Of a stretch of 64,000 nucleotides of DNA, positions 57,165 to 64,000 are shown in pieces. A program made the position numbers and the translations under genes. Below the pieces are notes generated by a model. That model worked only from the letters and a program-made list of their open reading frames with translations. It had not been told where the DNA came from and ran no database searches. This DNA comes from an uncultured Methanosarcinaceae archaeon (lineage in GTDB: Archaea; Halobacteriota; Methanosarcinia; Methanosarcinales; Methanosarcinaceae). How positions within the stretch are numbered: position 1 is the stretch's first letter; each line of letters opens with the position of its first letter. The stretch is taken from NCBI GenBank assembly GCA_963727895.1, contig CAVSHT010000008.1, positions 192,001 to 256,000 on the forward strand. The letters are read 5' to 3'.

Positions 57165-57904
57165 GGTATTGTTAACTAAAAATAGTTAACTCTTTATTTC
57201 TTTATTTCATCAATATAATAACCGAGTACTTTAGCATTTCAAGACTTTTTTATAACACTTTGTCTTTCTTCTCAACCTTGCCAAAAAGTGCCTCAATATG
57301 CTGTTATATCCTTCAGCAGTATACGTTTCTGCTTTGGATTGAGTATGGATCTTTTCTGGACGAAACTCTGCATATGCTCTCCAGTGATCTGTCATCACTT
57401 CTCCAATCTCTTTTTTCTTCAATTTTTCCCAGAGTAGTTTTCCAGTTTCTGTTCCTCTGATGCCAAAAGAGCAGTTGATGAACTTTTTCCCAACTCTATC
57501 AACAGCAATCCAGATACAGCAATATTTTTTTTTGTTACCGATGTAAGTGTGCATCTCATCCATTTCAACAATAGATATCTCATTTTCACTTTTTAGGTCC
57601 TCTAACTCCTGACCAAATTTCTTGATCCATTTTTGGACAGAAACATGACTTACCCCTAAAACTCTTCCTATTGAGCGAAAGCCCAATCCTTCAAGATAGA
57701 GTTGTAAAGCCTGTCTTTTTACAGAAGCGGAAAAAGCAGTTGATTTTAGCTCTACTGTATAGTTATAGCCACAATCAGAGCATTTGTACCGTTGACGCTC
57801 GCCAACTATACCATTATTTTTGTGACTGAAACTATTACATTTTGGGCAGTTCATGAAGAAATATATGGTATAAGCATATATATCTATTTTTGTGTACCAA
57901 TGCC
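57165..57904 (-). mobile_element. IS1-family element, copy 5 (740 bp); A9 in-frame fusion, 1-nt deletion near the C-terminus
   Basis: IRs GGTATTGTTAAC / GTACCAATGCC; single ORF 57231-57854. Confidence 0.92.
57231..57854 (-). CDS. IS1-family transposase, fused frame, C-terminally truncated
   Basis: Zn ribbon, HTH and DDE in one frame; ends KCYKKVLKC instead of KCYTKSLEMLKYS…. Confidence 0.85.
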   Translation of the reverse strand: MNCPKCNSFSHKNNGIVGERQRYKCSDCGYNYTVELKSTAFSASVKRQALQLYLEGLGFRSIGRVLGVSHVSVQKWIKKFGQELEDLKSENEISIVEMDEMHTYIGNKKKYCCIWIAVDRVGKKFINCSFGIRGTETGKLLWEKLKKKEIGEVMTDHWRAYAEFRPEKIHTQSKAETYTAEGYNSILRHFLARLRRKTKCYKKVLKC

Positions 57905-58195
57905 AAAAAAAACTAGAAAACGTCGAGATTTTTTAACAATGTTCATCAAAATTTATACAAAGTACTTTCTTTGCTGTCCTTTTTGTGATAATAGGAAAAA
58001 AGAGAAATTCATTAGCTTGGAATCATTTTTGATTGTATAATATTATTTTGAATAAAAATAAATCTGAGAATTGAACTTTTTCCTTGCCTATGTGCCAGTG
58101 AACTCAATCATTACATAGTTTGTAGGAATATAGTGATTCTCTTCGATGACATCGACTTTAACAGATAAAAATAGGGAGAAACATATAGTCAATTG

Positions 58196-59051
58196 GGTTC
58201 CGTTGCAAAAAATCTTAGAATAAGCCTGTAAATCTATGAATAATGAATAAAAGTTAAAATATTCAAAAAGATATGTCAATATTATAGAACTATTCCAAAT
58301 AATTGATTAATATATTTAGCTTCATTAAAGCCAGAGTAATTTAAGTTCTTGATTTGTCCTTTTTTAATCATATTCATAGCTTCAATTCCTTTTAAAGTTT
58401 TAATGGCTGTATGAAAAGACTGAAATCCTAACATTGGATTAACTATTCGTTTAATGGATCTATGATCCTGTTCTATAATGTTATTCAAATATTTGATTTG
58501 TCGAATGCCTACGTTTATAGGTAGTATTTTATCATTTTTCAGTTTATCTATAGCAGGTGGATAAGCTGGATTTTTGTCAACTGTGATTACTCTTGGAATT
58601 TGATTATGATTAGAGTTCAAAGCTTTCTTAAAGAAACGTTTTGCTGCTTTTTGGTCTCGTTTTGCACTTAACATGAAATCAATTGTATCTCCATTTGAGT
58701 CAACTGCTCGGTAAAAATATTTCCATTTACCTCTCACTTTTATATAGGTTTCATCAACTCTCCAAGAGTTATTAGTTGGTCTTAAATATCTACGTACCTT
58801 CTTTTCGATTTCAGGTGAATATTGATGTATCCATCTCATAATGGTTGTATGGTTGACTATTATCCCTCTTTCTGCCATCATTTCCTTTAAATTTCGATAA
58901 CTTAATGGATATTTTAAGTACCATCTAACATTCAATAAAATAATTTCACCCACAAAATGCTTCCATTTAAAGGGATTAGATAGCATGTCATTATCCTTTA
59001 CTTCCCTTTTATTTGATTATATCCTTAACAGATATTTTTTGCAACGGAACC
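58196..59051 (-). mobile_element. IS6-family element, copy 4 (856 bp), 5' half diverged
   Basis: Terminal IRs; substitutions cluster in the 5' half. Confidence 0.95.
58282..58986 (-). CDS. IS6-family transposase
   Basis: 234 aa, DDE motifs intact. Confidence 0.95.
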   Translation of the reverse strand: MLSNPFKWKHFVGEIILLNVRWYLKYPLSYRNLKEMMAERGIIVNHTTIMRWIHQYSPEIEKKVRRYLRPTNNSWRVDETYIKVRGKWKYFYRAVDSNGDTIDFMLSAKRDQKAAKRFFKKALNSNHNQIPRVITVDKNPAYPPAIDKLKNDKILPINVGIRQIKYLNNIIEQDHRSIKRIVNPMLGFQSFHTAIKTLKGIEAMNMIKKGQIKNLNYSGFNEAKYINQLFGIVL

Positions 59052-59113
59052 CTTTGACTTTTGTTTATCATACATATATTACGTGCTTATTCTGATTTTT
59101 TTGCAACGGAACC
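59052..59113 (+). mobile_element. 3'-end remnant of a diverged IS6-family element
   Basis: GCTTATTCTGA-T-run-GCAACGGAACC aligns with the downstream end of the full copies. Confidence 0.8.
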
Positions 59114-59743
59114 GTTAAGGTTAATTGTTTTAACCACGTCCTCAATAATTAGAAGGCCCTTTTCCAACTAAGCCTTTTTAATGTTTAGAGCAGGGAATAT
59201 CCTGATTCCGTTACCCTGTGTTTGAGTGACAAATAAACCTCTTTTCAAGCATTTATTTTTGACATATGTAGCTATGCCTTCGCTTTGGAATTCGACCATG
59301 ATAAGAAGTCCTTTTCCCCTTATGTCGACAATGACATTTTCATAAATTTTTGGCCACAAACTCATTTTTTTCAGGGCAAAATAGCCCATTTCTTCTACAT
59401 TTCTGGAAATATTGTTATCTATCAGGTATTTTATCACTGCATAGGAAACTGCACAACCAAGAGGATTACCATAATATGTACCTCCATGATCGCCGATCTC
59501 GAGCTTCTTTGCAATGTCCTCGGATAAGGTGAAAGCACCAAATGGAAAACCACCTGCAATTCCTTTTGCCATTGTCATAAAGTCTGCTTTTACACCACAG
59601 GAACTTGTAACAAAAGACGGTCCTGTTCTAAAAAAGCCAGTTTGGATTTCATCCATAATTAGAAGGCTACCATTTTTATTACACAGGTTATCCAATTCTC
59701 TCAGGTATCCTTCAGAAGGTATATGAACTCCACCTTCTCCCTG
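59114..59743 (-). pseudogene. Class III aminotransferase (acetylornithine aminotransferase-like) internal fragment
   Basis: Begins abruptly at QGEGGV; LIMDEIQTGF, MAKGIAGGFP, HGGTY, IRGKGLL; N-terminal half absent. Confidence 0.88.
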
Positions 59744-59881
59744 AGTAAGTTTACCTATAAATTAACATATCCTCTTTTTCACTTAAACCTTTTCAGATTA
59801 ATAAATATAGACTAGTTAAAAAGCCGGACGCAAGCAAGATTTTCAGAAAGAGTTTTTTAAAAAAGTAATGAAAATTATATT

Positions 59882-60070
59882 TGTGAACGGCTGTGAGTAA
59901 ACAACAGAGGAAATGAGCGCCGTTCACATTTTGCGGGACAAGAGCAACCCGCAAGGCAATTTATTGTAGCGTGTAAAGCACGCACGCTTTTCATAAGGAG
60001 GTTGAAAGGGGCGCTGTTACCCGCCCCCAATTGTGTATCTTCACCAGCTCAGTGAAGTTCCGTTTTTCAA
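59882..60070. ncRNA. Candidate structured RNA or ssDNA element with five consecutive hairpins
   Basis: Stems 59882-91/59919-28, 59931-37/59948-54, 59968-73/59983-88, 60008-13/60022-27, 60039-44/60052-57; GC-richer than its flanks. Confidence 0.45.
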
Positions 60071-60199
60071 GTGATTTATAAGTATATATTAGCTTTCAAA
60101 GTATATAAATGTATGTGTTTTTATCATCGACATTATATACATGATATTAGTATATATTTATATATAAAATACATACTTCTAATATATAGACCAGTCTGC

Positions 60200-60217
60200 C
60201 TAGACCAATTGGTCTAG
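60200..60217. promoter_or_regulatory. Perfect 18-bp palindrome CTAGACCAATTGGTCTAG, putative protein-binding site
   Basis: Directly visible; TAGACC half-sites also at 60187 and 60247. Confidence 0.5.
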
Positions 60218-60354
60218 TACAATAAACTAGGTACTGTATTATTCTGTAGACCGGTCAATCTAGTCAAAACGCAGGCAACGCAGATAAACGCAAGTAAGAA
60301 CGCTCAAAATGCACATTTTTCAAAAAACTTTAAGCATCAATTGACATGAAACGT

Positions 60355-60688
60355 GTCAAAACGACGCACATTCACGCGCGCAAGTCCACTATTAATTAAC
60401 TTAAAGGCTCCTCAAATTTTTTGGCTTTTTTCTAAAGGATTAGACGCCAAAACGCCAAAAAACGCAAGTATTTTTTGCACCCTCAATTGTGTAGCTACGA
60501 ACGAAGTGAAAGCAAAATAGAACGAAGTCAAAACCAGTTAAAACGAAATAATATATAAACAGTGCCCGTAGCAGCTGCCACTAAAAAGGTCAAAACGAAG
60601 AAAGCGCCCGCGTGCAAGTCTACTATTAACTAACTTAAAGGGGCTTCCAAAAAATCTTCGTTTTTCTGGCGGATTAGACGCCAAAACG
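60355..60688 (+). repeat. Two 100-bp imperfect direct repeats (60355-60454, 60589-60688)
   Basis: Gap-free alignment at 234-bp offset with three conserved boxes. Confidence 0.85.
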
Positions 60689-60821
60689 AAAACAAAACGA
60701 AAAATGAAGAAATCCTTTTGAATTGCGCAGCATAGCAAAGAACAACAAGTATTTTGAATGCAAATGTGATCCTGCAACAGGCGGGATTTTGTATGTACCT
60801 TTGAACAGGGGAGGGGTATAA

Positions 60822-61844
60822 GTGGATTTGAAAATAGATCAAGAGTTTAAAGAATTGATTCCTCCTCTCTCAGCTGAGGAGCTTACAAATCTTGAGCAGA
60901 GCCTATTAACTGAAGGCTGCAGGGACGCTATTCTCACTTGGAATGACTGCATTATTGACGGTCATAATAGGTTTTCCCTGTGCACTAAGAACAATATACC
61001 TTTTAGGGTTGAGGCTAAAGAGTTTGAATCACGAAATGACGTTTGTATATGGATGATTCAAAACCAATTTGGTAGAAGGAATTTGGGTAATTATACTAAA
61101 AGTAGTTTGAGCCTAAAACTTGAGGAGTATTTTAGGGAGAAAGCTAAGGAAAATCTTATAAAGTCCGCTGAAATGACAAATACAAAGATAGGAAATTCAA
61201 CGGGTTGTCAGAAATCTGACAACCCGTTGATTGAGAAGATAGATACTAAAAAAGAACTCTCTAAAATAGCAGGTGTCTCATATGATACTATTTACAAAGT
61301 CAAAGAAATCCAATCTCAAACACCTGAAACACTCCTCCCTGAATTGGAGCGTCTGATAAATTCAAATGCAGTAAGCATAAATCAAGCTCATAAATTTATC
61401 CGTGCAATAAAAGCACTTCAAGGAAAAGTACCTGATGAGGTCACAGTTGCAAATAAAATTCTTAGTGAGTTCAATCAGAATCCTTCTGTTTCCCTTGAAA
61501 GTAAGACAAAAGACGTAATACGTGAAACTCAGCGTGCAGAAAGAGACAGGCAATTGAGAGAAGCTGAAGAAAAGAAAAGACTCGCTGCAGAGCAGGCTAG
61601 ACAAGAAAGAGAAGAAAAGGAAAGACTAGAAAGAGAAAGACTCAGGCTTGAAAGAGAAGTAATAGAAAAAGCTGAGCGTGAACGTCTTGAAAAAGAAAGA
61701 TTAGAACGGGAGCGCATTAGGCAAGAACAGCTTGAGAAAGAAAGATTAAGACGAGAGCAGTTGGAAAAAGAAAGAGCTGAAAAAGAGCTCATTCGAAAAG
61801 AAAAAGCTGAGCAGGAAAGAATAAAAAGAGAAAAAAAACGTTGA
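60822..61844 (+). CDS. ParB/Srx-like N-terminal domain + HTH + E/R/K-rich helical tail (mobile-element type)
   Basis: IDQEFKELIPPL, IIDGHNR, NQFGRRNL, DTKKELSKIAGVSYDTIYKV; GGAGGGG SD before GTG. Confidence 0.8.
   Translation: MDLKIDQEFKELIPPLSAEELTNLEQSLLTEGCRDAILTWNDCIIDGHNRFSLCTKNNIPFRVEAKEFESRNDVCIWMIQNQFGRRNLGNYTKSSLSLKLEEYFREKAKENLIKSAEMTNTKIGNSTGCQKSDNPLIEKIDTKKELSKIAGVSYDTIYKVKEIQSQTPETLLPELERLINSNAVSINQAHKFIRAIKALQGKVPDEVTVANKILSEFNQNPSVSLESKTKDVIRETQRAERDRQLREAEEKKRLAAEQARQEREEKERLERERLRLEREVIEKAERERLEKERLERERIRQEQLEKERLRREQLEKERAEKELIRKEKAEQERIKREKKR
61197..61230. repeat. Perfect inverted repeat, 16-bp arms with 2-bp spacer, inside the ParB-like gene
   Basis: TCAACGGGTTGTCAGA-AA-TCTGACAACCCGTTGA. 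Confidence 0.95.
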
Positions 61845-61973
61845 ATATTTAGAAAAGAGTAAACCATTAATAGATTACGTAATTACGTTAAAAAATCCGC
61901 ATAAAAAATAAAAAAAGCACGAAAAGAAAAAATAAAGCAACTTTTGTATAGTTAAAATTCAATAATAATACCC

Positions 61974-62939
61974 ATGACATATAAAAAATGTTTTATTATT
62001 ATGCCAGTTTCCACTCCACCAGAATTAGTTTCTGTTTATAAAGAAGATAGTGATCATTTCCTACATGTCATAGAGCATTTGTTTATACCTGCAATTAAGG
62101 AAGCTGGATTTGAACCAATTAAACCAATAACCGAAGGTTCTGACATTATTCACAGTCATATTATTTCTAATCTTGAGTCTTCAGACTTAGTACTGTGCGA
62201 TATGTCTACAAATAATCCGAATGTCTTTTTTGAATTTGGGATTCGTACTGCATTAAATAAACCCGTTTGCGTAGTAAGAGATTGTTTTGAGGGAAAAGTA
62301 CCTTTCGATGTCGTTTCAATTAATTATCATATATATTCATCAGATTGGTCTCCATGGAAATTAGAAAATGAAATTGACAAATTAGCTAAACATATAAAAA
62401 ATAGTTTTAGTGAAAATGACAACTGTAATCAATTATGGAAATACTTTGGGGCAAAGACACAATCCAAAGAAGATACAGCCAAAGAAACCAATGGATTAAT
62501 AAATCCCACTAGATTTAAGAAACTAGAAGGTATTATAGTTGATATAAATCATGGATTAATAAAACGTTGTCCAGAATGTAAAGAAATATTACAACTAGGA
62601 AAATGTTCATCTCATGGAAGAGTTAAGGGTGAATATGACATTTATTTAGAAGCCATACTTTATAATGAATTTTTTGAATGTAGCTTGAAAATTAACAGAC
62701 CAGTTTTAGAGAAATATTTTGAAGTGAGTGTAGCTTCATGTATTGCACTGGCAGCAGATCATTTAGATCCTAGCGTAGTCAAAGATTTATTTTGGCAACA
62801 GCTGATTGGTAAATGGTTTTTGCTGAAAGGACATTATTCCCATATGAGCTTCGATGTTGAGAGCATGGAAATAAATGATAATTTCAATCATGTTGACTTC
62901 CTCAGATATTACAACAAATGGAAAACCGGAAGAGAATGA
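61974..62939 (+). CDS. Nucleoside 2-deoxyribosyltransferase-like domain fused to an RPA-like zinc-finger OB fold
   Basis: CFIIMP…SDLVLCDMSTNNPNVFFEFGIRTALNKP…PFD; C-terminal GLIKRCPECKEILQLGKCSSHG…YDI (CX2CX8CX2H). Confidence 0.75.
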   Translation: MTYKKCFIIMPVSTPPELVSVYKEDSDHFLHVIEHLFIPAIKEAGFEPIKPITEGSDIIHSHIISNLESSDLVLCDMSTNNPNVFFEFGIRTALNKPVCVVRDCFEGKVPFDVVSINYHIYSSDWSPWKLENEIDKLAKHIKNSFSENDNCNQLWKYFGAKTQSKEDTAKETNGLINPTRFKKLEGIIVDINHGLIKRCPECKEILQLGKCSSHGRVKGEYDIYLEAILYNEFFECSLKINRPVLEKYFEVSVASCIALAADHLDPSVVKDLFWQQLIGKWFLLKGHYSHMSFDVESMEINDNFNHVDFLRYYNKWKTGRE

Positions 62940-63153
62940 ATCAAAAATTGAAATTTTCTCTTTATCTGTGACTTCACCTTTGATTTCAGCTTTATTCCGA
63001 TTAACCCCCCGTCACCGCTCTAAGATAGTAGAAAAAGCAAGAAAGCTGAAGTATTTGCTTGTACCTGCAAAAAGAGAAGAAAACTCGACGTTGTAGCGAA
63101 AAGCGACTTAAATGCCCGAAAATAAGTAACTGGTTAAAATAAACACAAATTAA

Positions 63154-63202
63154 GGTTCCGTTGCAAAAAATATCTGCTAAGGATATAATTAAAATAAAAA
63201 TG
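63154..63202 (+). mobile_element. 5'-end fragment (49 bp) of the IS6 element, cut by IS1 copy 6
   Basis: GGTTCCGTTGCAAAAAATATCTGCTAAGGATATAATTAAAATAAAAATG matches the upstream end of copies 1-3; IS6 does not resume after the IS1. Confidence 0.9.
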
Positions 63203-63942
63203 GGCTTTGATACTTAAACATAGTTATATACTATTAGAAAGTATATTTCTTCATTAACTGCCCCAGATGCAATAGTTCCAGTCACAAAAAGAACGGTATA
63301 GTTGGCGGGCGTCAACGGTACAAATGCTCTGATTGTGGCTATAACTATACAGTAGAGCTAAAATCAACTGCTTTTTCCGCTTTTGTAAAAAGACAGGCTT
63401 TACAACTCTATCTTGAAGGATTAGGCTTTCGCTCAATAGGAAGAGTTTTAGGGGTGAGTCATGTTTCTGTCCAAAGATGGATAAAGAAATTTGGTCAGGA
63501 GTTAGAGGACCTAAAAAGTGAAAATGAGATATCTATTGTTGAAATGGATGAAATGCACACTTACATCGGTAACAAAAAAAATATTGCTGGATCTGGATTG
63601 CTGTTGATAGAGTTGGGAAAAAGTTCATCAACTGCTCTTTTGGTAGCAGAGGAACAGAAACTGGAAAACTACTCTGGGAAAAAGTGAAGAAAAAAGAGAT
63701 TGGAGAAGTAATGACAGATCACTGGAGAGCATATGCAGAGTTTCTTCCAGAAAAGAGTCATACTCAATCAAAAGCAGAAACATTTACAGTTGAGGGATAT
63801 AACAGCATATTGAGGCATTTTCTAGCAAGATTGAGAAGAAAGACAAAGTGTTATACAAAAAGTCTTGAAATGCTAAAGTACTCGGTTATTCTATTGATGA
63901 AATACAGAAATAAAGAGTTAACTATGTTTAATTAACAATGCC
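63203..63942 (+). mobile_element. IS1-family element, copy 6 (740 bp); ATT start, A8 tract
   Basis: IRs GGCTTTGATAC / TTAACAATGCC; ORFs 63454-63687 and 63684-63935. Confidence 0.92.
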
Positions 63943-64000
63943 TAAATTTTATATTTGTAATGATTCAGCCTAGATAAAATAACATCAATATCTATATTTA

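Noticed and set aside
59749..59775. Xer dif site at the junction
   Set aside because: The arms are not convincingly palindromic around a 6-bp spacer.
59882..60070. tRNA or hammerhead ribozyme
   Set aside because: No cloverleaf with T-loop consensus and no correctly placed CUGANGA/GAAA core on either strand.
60355..60688. CRISPR array or integron attC sites
   Set aside because: Only two long units, no repeat-spacer periodicity, no cas or intI gene, and no attC-type internal dyad.
59882..62939. Retron (structured ncRNA plus NDT effector)
   Set aside because: No reverse transcriptase in the window, no long a1/a2 repeat enclosing the hairpins, and the ParB-like gene lies between them. Loss of an RT at the IS junction cannot be excluded.
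62875..63096. 73-aa ORF overlapping the NDT-RPA gene end as a partner or antitoxin
   Set aside because: Overlaps by 65 nt with no SD or motif; cannot be supported from sequence alone.

Overview
AT-rich archaeal chromosome segment. Gene content (gatD, argH, AMP phosphorylase, aTrm56, HdrA-MvhD fusion plus polyferredoxin, fwdGBD, class II RNR, a PGF-CTERM surface protein) points to a Methanosarcina-type methanogen. The window is IS-rich: six ~740-bp IS1-family copies, four full IS6-family copies plus two IS6 end fragments, one dead IS5-family element, an IS5 end remnant and a 122-bp MITE with IS5-like ends. I found no target-site duplication on any of them. Many accessory genes are frameshifted, nonsense-mutated or IS-truncated while core genes stay intact. 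The most interesting part is a ~3.4-kb foreign-looking module at 59746-63153. It holds a five-hairpin non-coding element, an AT-rich tract with palindromes and two 100-bp direct repeats, a ParB-like/HTH protein whose gene contains a perfect 16-bp-arm palindrome, and a protein fusing a nucleoside 2-deoxyribosyltransferase (NDT)-like domain to an RPA-like CX2CX8CX2H zinc-finger OB fold, a candidate ssDNA-sensing or RPA-decoy antiviral effector. Also notable: four chromosomal genes and three IS1 copies have ATT/ATA where a start codon is expected, and a 44-aa Lys-rich sORF is missing from the ORF track. No rRNA, tRNA or CRISPR array was seen. All family assignments are by eye from motifs; no database search was run.
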